Part shown: in pieces, positions 23,048-34,819 of the stretch | Numbering within the stretch: the first letter of the stretch is position 1 | Layout of the letters: the number at the start of each line of letters is the position of its first letter | Assembly (NCBI GenBank): GCA_951406725.2 | Contig: OX597817.1 | Span: forward strand, 167,834,001 to 167,898,000 | Reading direction: 5' to 3' | DNA from: Octopus vulgaris | Taxonomy: Eukaryota | DNA length: 64,000 bases | The notes under the pieces: generated by a model | Told to the model about the DNA's origin: nothing | What the model saw: the letters and a program-made list of their open reading frames with translations, nothing else | Databases searched by the model: none | Position numbers and translations under genes: made by a program

Positions 23048-23670
23048 TACAGTGGGGTGCTGAAAAGTTCCTGGCTTTGGGTAAAAGAAAATACAAAAGG
23101 ATCGGTTAATTATGATTTTATTCAACACTAGCAGCATAGCCTGGCGTTGCCCGGGTATGTAAGAGCCCCTAGTAAGCAACAACTAATCCCAATCTAGTCC
23201 TTTCCCTCTAGGGAACGAAGGTGCATGTATAGGTTGCAATGTCTTCTCTTCACTCGAATACTTCTGTGTATACCATGTTCCTAGCTGTTCCTAGCTGTCC
23301 CTAGCTGTCGAGTTGTGTCCCCTAGACAGAAAATGTGTTGCATATAAAAAGCTTAGATTCTCGACCCCATGTCGAATTTATCGATTTTTTTCAGAACTGG
23401 GGGAACTTTTCAAAATTTTCGCTGCGTTAGTTTTGAATTATGACATTGAGCTATGTGTGTGTCAAGTTTCATCAGAATCGGTTGAAAGCCATGGTCAGGA
23501 TGAGGGTACAACCTGACAGACACACAGACTGCCGTTTATATAGAGAGAGATATTCCCCTCTCAGATTTACGCAATTATTGCCCTGTACAAGAACTCAGAA
23601 GGTTTGGGCCTTCATCCAGGCCTTTCACAATACCTGTAAAACTAGGAACTTTTCAGCACCACTTCATATG
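23048..23670. mobile_element. mariner-type MITE interrupted by a Helitron-like element
   Basis: TIR-like ends GGGGTGCTGAAAAGTTCCTGGCTTT / AAAACTAGGAACTTTTCAGCACCAC. Confidence 0.65.
23127..23551 (+). mobile_element. Helitron-like non-autonomous element (related copies ~25600-26125 -, 44340-44717 +, 60455-60788 +)
   Basis: Starts ACTAGC followed by hairpin CC(C/T)GGCGTTGCCCGGG; ends (ACAG)n...TTTATATAGA..GAT; no clear TSD. Resembles Lep1/HINE-type elements (inference). Confidence 0.6.
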
Positions 23671-23811
23671 TGATTTCCGCAGTAAAAGGGTTAATTACAG
23701 ATCTGCTGTATCGAGGTCCACTTGGAACTATTGTTATTACTACCCACTCTCCCTTTTATTAGGGTATATATCGCTCATGTCTTCATCATTTTTTTTTGTC
23801 TTCTGTTTCAG

Positions 23812-23929
23812 AGATATCCAGAGTTATTTCTCACAGATTGGTATATGGATGGTAAACATGGAATCTAACCTGTCTCGAGGTTCTTCAGTCATGCAAGAAC
23901 TCAACAACAGGTGTAATCTGTTTATTCAG
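23812..23929 (+). CDS. WASHC4: WASHC4 exon 4: (R)DIQSYFSQIGIWMVNMESNLSRGSSVMQELNNRCNLFIQ
   Basis: ctgtttcag| and |gtaagc; 118 nt; follows a 16.6-kb intron; D.QSY...WM..MES...NRCN.FIQ. Confidence 0.93.
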
Positions 23930-24274
23930 GTAAGCCATTGCACCTTGTAGTGTTTATGTTTTTTGGTGGTAAAATAGAGTATAATTAATTGTACCTTGCT
24001 ACTATCATATACCCCTATCTCCACTGCATTCAACATGTTCAGCCTCCAAAATATTAGGTACCACTGTTTTACCATATTTGTTTGCTTGATAAATTTATGA
24101 ATGACCCCCTCTAGTGTTTCAGAAACTAGTAATGCTAGGAAGAAGTTTTCTCCTTTTTTTTTTTTTTTTTTTTCACTAATTTTAACTATGTGTGGTTGTG
24201 TGATAAGAACTTTTCTTCTCAACCGCAATCACATGGTTGGGTTTCTATCTCTCTATCTCTTCACCACACATGCA

Positions 24275-24278
<4 letters not shown>

Positions 24279-24325
<47 letters not shown>

Positions 24326-24403
24326 TCTCGCTCTCTCTCCCTCCCTCCCTCCCTCTCTCCCCCCGCCCTCCCTCTCTCTCTCTCCCTCTCTCTCTCTCTC
24401 TCT

Positions 24404-24478
<75 letters not shown>
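24279..24478. repeat. Long (CT)n/C-rich microsatellite; further (CTAT)n/(CT)n at 24870-25070 and many (TA)n, (CA)n, (GAT)n, (AAT)n runs across the window
   Basis: Seen directly. Confidence 0.95.
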
Positions 24479-24481
<3 letters not shown>

Positions 24482-24914
24482 AGCTGTCCAGCTACCTCAC
24501 AGGTCCAGAAGCCCTGTTCTAATCTATGTATGTTGCGGCTTCTAGTCAAAGAATAAATCCTAACATAGGACCTTGTGCATTGATTTGCCCAGGGGCCTAC
24601 AATGCTGCTAAGATGACCCTGCTTCCCTTTCAATATGTCTTTCTCAACATATCCCCATCTCCTCCATCCCCTCTCTCTCCTTCCTTACTCATGTCTTACA
24701 GCTGTCTTTCTCACTCTTCCATCTTTTTCTCCTTCATCTTTTCCATATGCTTTCTCTCTCAGCTGTCTTTTTCACCCTTTTTTGTCCTTCCTTCCCATCT
24801 TCTTCTCCATTCAGTTTCAAACCATTCCCAAGCTTCCCCACCTATCTCTGTCTGTCTATGAATCTTCTACTACCTGTCTATCTATCTGTCTATTTATCAA
24901 CCATCTACTATTTT

Positions 24915-24965
<51 letters not shown>

Positions 24966-25001
24966 ATCCACCCATCTATTTATCTCTCTGTCTATCTACC
25001 A

Positions 25002-25061
<60 letters not shown>

Positions 25062-25340
25062 CTATTTGATCGTTTTTTTTATTTTTTTAAATTTTTTTCT
25101 TTCCTTTTTATGATCCCTTTTGATCAAAAACTTACCCCACATTTTTTTTTTCCTCCCCAAAAAAGAAAAGCACTACTTTGTAATTTGTCCCGTCCGTGTT
25201 CAGCCCCGTGTGGCTAATAAAGAAACATATCTATCTATCTATCTATCTATTGATCAATCGATCTGTCTGTCTATCTATATTTCTATCTACTGTGTCATCT
25301 ATCTGTCCAGCTATCTACAATGTCACCACTACTATTGCAG

Positions 25341-25466
25341 GGTATCCTTTATGCATACAACATCAGCCACATGGTACGTACTGTCATGAACCTACACTTG
25401 CTCCTGCAGAAAGCTATGACCAAAACTGCAGTGATTGCCCTCTGTAAACTGCTGGAGCTACTCAAA
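25341..25466 (+). CDS. WASHC4: WASHC4 exon 5: GILYAYNISHMVRTVMNLHLLLQKAMTKTAVIALCKLLELLK
   Basis: attgcag| and |gtaagt; 126 nt; G.LYAY.IS...MTKT.V.ALC.L.ELLK. Confidence 0.95.
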
Positions 25467-25510
25467 GTAAGTGATTACCCCCCTTTGTTTTCTGCTGCCT
25501 TCCACTGTAA

Positions 25511-25556
<46 letters not shown>

Positions 25557-26724
25557 ATCTGTTTATTTGTTTGTCTGTCTACCTCTCTCTCTCTCTCTTT
25601 CTCTCTGCCATCTCTCTCTATATAAACGGCAGTTTGTCTGTCTGTGTGTCTGTCAGGTTGTACCCTCACCCTGACCACGGCTTTCAACCGATTCTGATGA
25701 AACTTGACATACACATAGCCCAATGTCATAATTCAAAACCAACGCAGCGAAAATTTTGAAAAGTTCCCCCAGTTCTGAAAGAAATTGATAAATTCGACAT
25801 GGGGTCGAGAATCTAAGCTTTTTATTTGCAACACATTTTCTGTTGTAGTTTTCGCAACTTGCAATCAATTTTCACCAAACTCATGGGGAAGCTTAATGTT
25901 ACCCTAAGAAACTTAATTCTGACGTTAGTTTTCCATGCAATACCTTACCATCAGAAAAATCTATAAAATCATGCCATTTTGGGAAATCGCGATCAAATTC
26001 AAGATGACATATTTTCGACAATATCTTTCACAAATTGGCAGGAATTTTTTTTAAATTCACAGCGAGCATCATGTCTGCTCCAGGGGCTCTTACATACCCG
26101 GGCAATGCCGGTCTATGCTGCTAGTTCTACAATAAATCAGTGAAGGAACCCTTATGTGGTCATTGAATCTGTTAGAAATGGTTGCTAAATCTCTCATATA
26201 ACACTCGAGCCCCGTGCTAGTAGGGTATTAAGAGCACCATCCTAGCATGATCATTGCCAGAGCTGCTATCTGGCCTCCATGCCGGTGGCACATAAAAGAC
26301 ACCATTCGAGCATGATCGTTACCAGCATCATCTTACTAGCCCCTGTGCAGGTGGCACGTGTAAAGGATTCGAGTGAGGTCGTTGCCAGTACTGCCTGACT
26401 GGCCCCGTGTCAGTGGCATGTAAAAGCACCCACTACACTCTCGGAGTGGTTGGCGTTAGGAAGGGCATCAAGCTGTAGAACCCTCTGCCAGATCAAGATT
26501 GAGGCCTAGTGCATCTGGTTCGCCAGCCCTCAGTCAAATCATCCAACCCATGCTAACATGGAAAGCAGAAGTTAAATGATGATGAACACTCTACTTGCAA
26601 TGCTATTACCTGTTCAAATATGCCTGTAGCACATTTGCACTAATAAACAAACCATTCACTGTGTTTTGTCATGGAAAAAATTTTTCATCGTTGACAATGA
26701 TGTAAATACACCTAGATCACTTCG

Positions 26725-26995
26725 TTAGTTAGTTAGTTAGTTAATTTGGCTCAAAAGCAAATAGCAAGGCCATGTAGGGGGACATGGAGTTAAGTACAGG
26801 GTGGTGTTCATGTAAAGAGTTCAGGCCACTTGAGGTCAAGGGAGGCTTTGAACAAAGCGGTCGTCGGCATCTTCACCATCTCGTCTGGCAGCTTGTTCCA
26901 CGGATCCGCAACCCGGACGGAGAAAGCTCCTCTCCTTCGATTGAGATGAAATTGTCGCAGGTAGAGCTTTTCGGAATGACCCCGCAGCCGACGCT
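26725..26995 (-). mobile_element. CR1/L2-group LINE 3' fragment
   Basis: RLRGHSEKL...RRGAFSVRVADPWNKLP...FKASLD; (TAAC)n tail; CTTCGT flanking repeat. Confidence 0.8.
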
Positions 26996-27194
26996 TCGTG
27001 ATGGTATTTACACTATTGTGAACAGCAAGAAATTTTCTCCATGACAAAACACAGTGAATGGCCTGTTTATTAGTCCAAACATGCTGCAAGCATATTTGAA
27101 CCGGTAATAACATTGCATTTATGTATATCACTGCTTAATGCTCCTATTTCGTAACACTCTACTGTCTTAATGAAAGACATATTGGATAGGATAG

Positions 27195-27520
27195 GAGCAC
27201 TCCGTCGGTTACGACAACGAGGGTCCCAGCTGATATGATCAACGGAACAGCTTGCTCATGAAATTAATGTGCAAGTGACTGAGCATTCCACAGACACGTG
27301 TACCCCTAACGTAGTTCTCAGGGAGATTCGGCGTGACACAGAGTGTGACAAGGCCAGTCCTTTGAAATACAGGTACAACTCATTTTTGTCAGCTGAGTGA
27401 ACTGGAGCAACGTGAAATAAGGTGTCTTGCTAAAGAACACAACGTGTCTCCAGGAATCGAACTCATGACCTTACAGTCGTGAGCTGAATGCCCTAACCAC
27501 TAAGCCACGCGCCTTCACAA
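27195..27520 (-). mobile_element. tRNA-headed SINE family G (related ~7890-8213 -, 30025-30172 -, 62815-63142 +)
   Basis: Reverse-strand head GTGAAGGCGCGTGGCTTAGTGGTTAGGG, B box GAGTTCGATTCC, core AGCAAGACAC...TTGCTCCAGTTCACTCAGCTG. Confidence 0.75.
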
Positions 27521-27767
27521 TGAAGTCCTATTTACACTATGCTTGTAAAAAACAGATGGGATGCTCATTGTTGGAATACTTTTGATCGTAGGTCTTCCTG
27601 ATCAGTAGTACCCAGGGCTAACAACAACAACTTGTCAATGAGAAGTCCTTAAAGAGACAGACAGACCCTTGACTCATGGCATTCACTCTCTAAATTATAC
27701 ATCAACCCTTTACCTGCTATCCTAGAAAGGGGAACAAATATATTGCAGAAATAAAGTAAAAAAAAAA

Positions 27768-28272
27768 ATGGGAAAGACTCAAGAGATTAAGACTCTATTC
27801 CTTAGAGTGTAGGCGGGAAAGATATGCCATAATATGCATCTGGAAGATCCTGGAAGGACTTGTCCCAAACTTTGGCATCGAGAGTTACACAAATACTAGA
27901 ACTGACCGCCACTGCATGGTGCCAAGGACTCCAAATTTGCCATCAAGATGTAGGACAAGATACTGCAATAGCCTGGGCTTCAGAGGTCCACAGCTCTTCA
28001 ATATCCTCCCGAAGGACCTGAGAGACCTGCATGCGGTGGATGTAGGTGTCTTTAAAATAAAGCTGAACCTCTTCCTGTCAGGTGTCCCAGATGAACCAAC
28101 TTCGCGGCAGCAGGTGCAGATGAGGGCAGCTGCATCAAACTCTCCCATGCACCAAATGTCAATTGTTAAAAAGCATTTGTGAAGTAAAATTATGTAGCAA
28201 CACCAAATGGCGGTGCCCCAGCATGGCCACAGCCCGTGAGCTGAAACTAGATGAAATAATAAATAAAATAAT
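27768..28272 (+). mobile_element. CR1-group LINE 3' fragment (second, tail-less copy at 29596-29969)
   Basis: WERLKRLRLYSLE.RRERYAII.IWKILEGLVPN...GPQLFNILP...FKIKLNLFLSGVPDEP; 3' UTR and (AAAAT)n tail. Confidence 0.8.
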
Positions 28273-29263
28273 ATTCTAGAGTAAATATGAGTTAGCTATA
28301 GCTGAGATGCTGCTTGAAATGAGGGTCCAGAGCTGACCAGAGTTATACAACTACAATAAGGAAAAAGAACTGCAGGGAATCTAGTCAGTTATCCAGACTC
28401 TTCAAAGTTGAACCTATGTTAAAATGATGATAGGAGTGGCTCTGTGGTAAGTAGCTTGCTTACGAACCACATGGTTCTGGGTTCAGTCCCACTGCATGGC
28501 ACCTGGGACAAGTGTCTTCTACTATAGCATCGGGCCAACCAAAGCCTTGTGAGTGGATTTGGTAGACGGAAACTGAAAGAAGCCCGTCGTATATATGTGT
28601 ATATATATACAAATGTATGTGTGTGTATATGATTGTGTGTCTGTGTTTGTCCCCCCAACATCGTTTGACAACCGATGCTGGTGTATTTACGTCCCCGTAA
28701 CTTAGCGGTTTGGCAAAAGAGACCGATAGAATAAATACTCGGCTTACAAAGAATAAGTCCTGGGGTCGATTAGCTCGGCTAAAGGCAGTGCTCCAGCATG
28801 GCCACAGTCAAGTGACTGAAACAAGTAAAAGAGAATTAGTAGACCTAGTCAACATGCACAGGACAAAAAAGATAGACATAACACCATAACAAGAATAACA
28901 ATGGTAGCAGTGATGATGGTAGTGGTAGCAGTGGTGGCAGCCATAATAGCAGCAGCAGCAGCCGTTCAAGAACTTGGACCTGGAGATTTCCATTTCCAGC
29001 GACTTTGAGGGCCACCACCCAGTGGTGTCAGGCGTCAACGAAGAGCCCTCGACTACAAGATGACCAAAGTTTTTTTTTTTCAAGGTCTGGGGTCTCCTGC
29101 CCCTTAGCCCTAGACCCTCACCTAATCACCCTTACTTGTCTTGTTGCTTAACAACAACAACAACAACAGCAGCAGTAGTGGTAGTGGTAAAAACAGTAGT
29201 AGTAGTAGTAGTCATCTTGTCACATACTCATTCTTTTTTTTTCTTTGTGTTTTCTTGTTTCAG

Positions 29264-29371
29264 GCCATAGAATTCACATTCCACCGTCGGACAATGTTGG
29301 TTTCAGAATCAATCAACCAGATAATCCAACATCTCAGTTACCTGGCTCTGTCTGCCATAAACACAGCACGA
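29264..29371 (+). CDS. WASHC4: WASHC4 exon 6: AIEFTFHRRTMLVSESINQIIQHLSYLALSAINTAR
   Basis: ttgtttcag| and |gtaagt; 108 nt. Confidence 0.94.
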
Positions 29372-31442
29372 GTAAGTCAACAGTTTTTTTTTTGGTCCAG
29401 GTATCCAGTTTGAGGATACCTTCCTCCCACCCATCCAAACAACTTTGGTGGCCCATTAAAGGGCTATTTGTACTGCCTTCCCACCTAACTAAAAGAAAAC
29501 ATAATGTGATGACTAGTTGGTTTATGTATATAAATTACGTATGGCCTTATTCTAACTTATAGACTGGTCTTTAATATTAAACCAATATTAAAAAAATGGG
29601 AAAGACTCAAGAGATTAAGACTCTATTCCTTAGAGCCTAGGCGGGAAAGATATGCCATAATATACATCTGGAAGATCCTGGAAGGACTTGTCCCAAACTT
29701 TGGCATCGAGAGTTACACAAATACTAGAACTGACTGCCACTGCATAGTGCCAAGGACTCCAAATTTGCCATCAAGATGTAGGACAAGATACTGCAATAGC
29801 CTAGGCTTCAGAGGTCCACAGCTCTTCAATATCCTCCTGAAGGACCTGAGAGACCTGCATGCTGTGGATGTAGGTGTCTTTAAAATAAAGCTGAACCTCT
29901 TCCTGTCAGGTGTCCCAGATGAACCAACTTCGCGGCAGCAGGTGCAGATGAGGGCTGCTACATCAAACCAGTATTTCCCAGTATTTATATTCTTCCCTGA
30001 ATGGGGCACCAATCCATCATAGGATTACTCATTTTTACCAGCGAGTGGACTGGAGCAATGTGAAATGAAGTGTTTTACTCATGAACACAGTGCATTCTCT
30101 GGTTCAGGAATTGAAACCACAATCTTACGATCATGAGTTGAACACCTTAACCACTAAGCCATATACCTACACATTTCAAACCAATACAGTACTACATAAC
30201 CTCTCAATGATTTACTTCTATGAAACAGACCATTACAAGCCCTAAATGTTTTAAAATTTCATCACATTATTTACAACAAAATCTACATTCATTTTAGTTT
30301 TTTTTTTAATATCAAACCAATAGATTTTGTAGTAAATAATGTGATGAAATTTAAAAGCATTTAATTGCTTGTAATTGTCTTGTTTCATAGCAGTAAATCA
30401 TTAACAGGTAAATCTCCCCCATGTGAGGATGCCAGTCACTTGAGGTAATATTCCCAGAGAAGCTACTTTCTAATTTCATCATCATCACCATCATCATCAT
30501 CATCGTTTAACGTCCGTTCTCCATGCTAGCATGGGTTGGACGGTTCGACCGGGGATCTGGGAAGCCAGAAGGCTGCACCAGGCTCCGGTCTTATCTGGCA
30601 ATGTTTCTACGGCTGGATGCCCTTCCTAACGCCAACCACTCCGTGAGTGTACTGGGTGCTTTTTACGTGCCACCTGCACTGGTGCCAGGCGAGGCTGGCA
30701 TCGGCCACGGTCGGATTGGTGCATTTTATGGAAGCCAGTCAAGGCGGCACTGGCTTCGGCTACGATTCGGATGGTGCTTTTTATGTGCCACCGACACGGA
30801 AGCCAGTCGAGGCGGCGCTGGCATCGGCCACAATTCGGATAGTGCTTTTTACGTACCTCCAGTCCCAGGGCCCTGATCTGCTGTAATATTAAATTACATG
30901 TGTTTTTCAAATACACAACTTGACAAATGCAGGGTTCAACTAGTAATAACCACACCTCGGCTAACCCTCATTGGCTATGGTGCCGCCTCAAAATCCATAT
31001 GAGTATGCAGTCCCAATATCTTATGTACACATTCTTTGAGATGACTAGTTTGTTCCTTCTTGAGCATGCCTGGCTCATAAGGGCCAGTTTCCCGGTTTCC
31101 TTGGCATATAGGTTCCCCACCTGGACGGGACGCCGGTCCGTCCCAGGTGAGCTGCAAGATGCAGGAGGAAAGAGTGAGAGAAAGTTGTGGCAAAAGAGTC
31201 AGCATAAGTTTGCCATTACCTTCTGCCTGAGCCGCATGGGGCTTAGGTGTTTCGCTTGTAAACACACACATCACCCGGTCAGAGATTCGAACCCGCGATC
31301 CCTCGACCGCGAGTCCGCTGCTCTAACCGCTAGGCCATGTGCCTCCGCGAGATGACTACTAGTATAAATATTTTAACCCTTCAGTCCACACCCCCATTTA
31401 TCTCTTTAATTCATCTAAGCCTCTGTGGTTATTTTATTGCAG

Positions 31443-31533
31443 AAAAGAATCACCCAAGACAAGAAATACAGTGAACGAAGACTCGATGTGCTGTCAGCTT
31501 TGGTTCTAGCTGAAAATGCCCTTAATGGACCGG
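31443..31533 (+). CDS. WASHC4: WASHC4 exon 7: [30 protein letters not shown](G)
   Basis: ttattgcag| and |gtaaat; 91 nt; [23 protein letters not shown]. Confidence 0.96.
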
Positions 31534-31752
31534 GTAAATACCCAACAAGCTACTTTTTTTTGCTTTGTTTTTTTTTGTTTTTACTGCTTTGCAGGAGTGG
31601 CTGTGTGGTAAGTAGCTTGTCCACCAACCGCATGGTTCCGGGTTCAGTCCCACTGTGTGGCACCTTGGGCAAGTGTCTTCTACTATAGTCTCGGGCCGAC
31701 CAAAGCCTTGTGAGTGGATTTGGTAGACGGAAACTGAAAGAAGCCCGTCGTA

Positions 31753-31797
<45 letters not shown>

Positions 31798-32704
31798 TTG
31801 TGTGTCTGTGTTTGTCCCCTAGCATTGCTTGACAACCGATGCTGGTGTGTTTATGTCCCCGTCACCTAGCGGTTCGGCAAAAGAGACCGATAGAATAAGT
31901 ACTGGGCTTACAAAAAGAATAAGTCCCGGGGTCGAGTTTACTCGATTAAAGGCGGTGCTCCAGCATGGCCGCAGTCAAATGACTGAAACAAGTAAAAGAG
32001 TAAAAAGAGAGTATGTTATTGTTGTTGGTTCCAAGCTCTGCCCTGTACAAGCTAACCTATGACCAAAGACTTTCCAGTTCAGACTGTCTTTCTCTACTTT
32101 TCTTTCAAGACTACACTATTCAGTGTGTCCTTTTTCTTTAATTTTTTCACAGCAAAGTGTAGTGTTTTGGGGATTTTGTTACCATCATCAGTTTGCTTGG
32201 TATATGCGTGAGCTGATTTGACTGTGCAATTGTTTTCACAGCTAGATGTGGGACTTCTTATAACTGAGCACTCAGCAGTGAGCAAGTATGAGCTAGTGTC
32301 ATTATTTGACCTTTGGAAACATCATCCAACTGGTGGGAAAATTCACAAGCTCTCCTATCTAGATATTATCAATAAAGATTCAAAATATGAAATGTAAAGC
32401 CTTCATGTAGGATCATGAGGTCTGAAAAGGAGCTGTTTGGTTTGACACTTCTGAGAGCACAAAATGATGATGACAGAGCAGTCCGTCTTTTTGTGGGGGC
32501 ACAATCAAAGTTCAAGTGTTAAGATTTGAACTATTCTTAATGTGGTCAGTTAGTAGTTCCAGAACTTTAACCTCACAGTCTTTTACGTCTGTTTTCAAAA
32601 ATTCTCATTGAGACAAAAGTGACCCCTATATGTCATGTAAATAAAATATTTTTTGAAAGTTCACAGAAGGGAAATTTACGAATTACTTTCACATGTATAT
32701 ATTT

Positions 32705-32737
<33 letters not shown>

Positions 32738-32879
32738 GGTGGTGCCCCAGCATGGCCGTGGCCTTTGGGCTAAAACATTTTTAAGGATAAGGATTTAAGG
32801 ATATGAGCGCCTAATAATACTTTAATTGATCCACCTCCTTGCATTGTTGTCTTTTTTTGTTTTCTGTTTGGATTAACTT

Positions 32880-32918
<39 letters not shown>

Positions 32919-34079
32919 GGTGGTGCCCCAGCATGGCCGCGGCCTTTAGGCTAAAACATTTTTAAGGATAAGGATTTAAGGATATATATATATATATATA
33001 TATTCAGAGAGTCAAGACTATTGAAAAGGTTGCAAAATGCAATGAAAATTTTAGGAAAATAAAAATAAGAAATAAGTGGAAATTTTACCGGTGAGTGTGT
33101 TACATTATGAGGCACAAAAAGAAAATGACTCTCCCCAGACACAACAGAATATATATATATATATAAGAGAAATGTATGGCTTTCTCATAGACTCAGGAAC
33201 AGGAAGTGCAGCAGTACAAATGCACCCTCTTTTTTTTTTTTTGTCAATTGGTTCACAATGAAAACACTTTGAAATCCTCCTAAAAACCTGGGTTTGCACC
33301 CACTAAGCAAAATTTCACTCCTGTACTTATGTACTTTCTACAATGTTACTTTTATAATTTAACTAAATGCTGCTGTTGAAAGGAACACAAACATTTATTT
33401 TAATGACAGACATTTTAGCATTTACTTATTCATTTCACTTAAAATTACCAAGTTTATCCTTTAAGGCCCTCATGCTTTCCGAAATCCGCCGAAACTACAC
33501 CTGATTATATATACACTTTAGATGAGTTGTAGTGCACCTGAGCACTGTACACAATGTTTATTATTATTATTATTACATTCCTGGCTTCATTTCCTTTTAT
33601 TTTCAATCCCACACTTATATGTGCCTAAAGCAAAAGATTTCCTATGGCTGTCTGTTGGGTGTTCACTCCTTGACAGAGTGACCACTCAAGTGTTCACTTT
33701 CCATGGTAATTGTCTACTTAACCCTTTAGCATTTAAACCGGCCATATCTGGCCCCAATTTTCTACTTCTTTTATGTTCAAACCATCTAGATCTGGCCTTT
33801 CACTCATATCCTACAATGACATCCTCAAAATAAACCATCACATCATCAAATTCTCAGAACTACAAGATTATGCAGGATTAATTCAAAACAATGGGAATGA
33901 AAAAACATTATATTTGACAGAGTAATCTGAACACTAAAGGGTTAAATGTACATTCCACTCCTTGTCAAACAATGTAAGAAGCCCATTAGCATCTTCAAAG
34001 GGGACTCCCCAACTTTTAAGGGTATAAATGACATGGATTTCTTAACTACATTGACTCCATTCTTCACTCTTTTTCCTAG

Positions 34080-34135
34080 GCACCAAAGAACGCATCCTGG
34101 TAGCCACCCTGGCATTATCTGTGGGTACCAAGATG
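34080..34135 (+). CDS. WASHC4: WASHC4 exon 8: (G)TKERILVATLALSVGTKM
   Basis: ttttcctag| and |gtaagt; 56 nt; LALSVGT.M. Confidence 0.93.
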
Positions 34136-34266
34136 GTAAGTTCATTCATTTTATTCTTAGAAATTTTGATTTTTAATGATGTGTGAAACGGATAAGGTAT
34201 TGTGAAACTTATGCTTTTGCTAAGACATTATATTTAATACAGTATCTGAAAAAAAGGACAGAATCA

Positions 34267-34330
<64 letters not shown>

Positions 34331-34337
34331 CTCACTC

Positions 34338-34369
<32 letters not shown>

Positions 34370-34419
34370 AACACTAATGTTTCATACCATAAACATAAAA
34401 TATTTGTTTTACATTGCAG

Positions 34420-34499
34420 AGAGCATTTAGAGACGATGAAATCACAAGCCTCACTGAACTTCTGAAGAAATTGGAGATTATTACCAAACTTTGGGAGAG
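34420..34499 (+). CDS. WASHC4: WASHC4 exon 9: RAFRDDEITSLTELLKKLEIITKLWE(S)
   Basis: cattgcag| and |gtaagt; 80 nt; in frame. Confidence 0.91.
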
Positions 34500-34680
34500 G
34501 TAAGTTTTGTATATGTGTATGTACATATATAAAGGTAAAAGTTTTCTAAAAGAATATTTGCATAGTTTCTGAAACAGGCAGGAACAAGGAAAATGCCACT
34601 TGTATTTGAACACTATGCTAATATTTTTTTTTAAAACTTTTCTCTTAATTTTTCCAAAATTTAATTCTTTTCCATACTTA

Positions 34681-34716
34681 CAGTTGAAAAAGTCTCAATG
34701 ACTGAAACCGGTACTG
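34681..34716 (+). ncRNA. Minimal hammerhead-like motif, U3-A8 core variant
   Basis: CAG-TTGAAAA-AGTC tcaat GACT-GAAACCGGTA^CTG, with palindromic stem III ACCGGT. Confidence 0.5.
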
Positions 34717-34819
34717 AAATGTTTTTCATAAAATTATTTTAGCATTTTCTACCTTGACTTTTTTTTTTCCATATATATCAACCCGTGTGTTCCTTTTCAA
34801 CCTTCTACATATACATATA

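Noticed and set aside
7180-23811. Possible nested gene or missing WASHC4 exon in the 16.6-kb intron
   Set aside because: Exons 3 and 4 join in frame with no gap in the protein, and the only coding-like segments I found are transposon fragments.
24101-25625. Long SLSL/RERE/IYLS ORFs
   Set aside because: Microsatellite translations; only 25341-25466 is a real exon.
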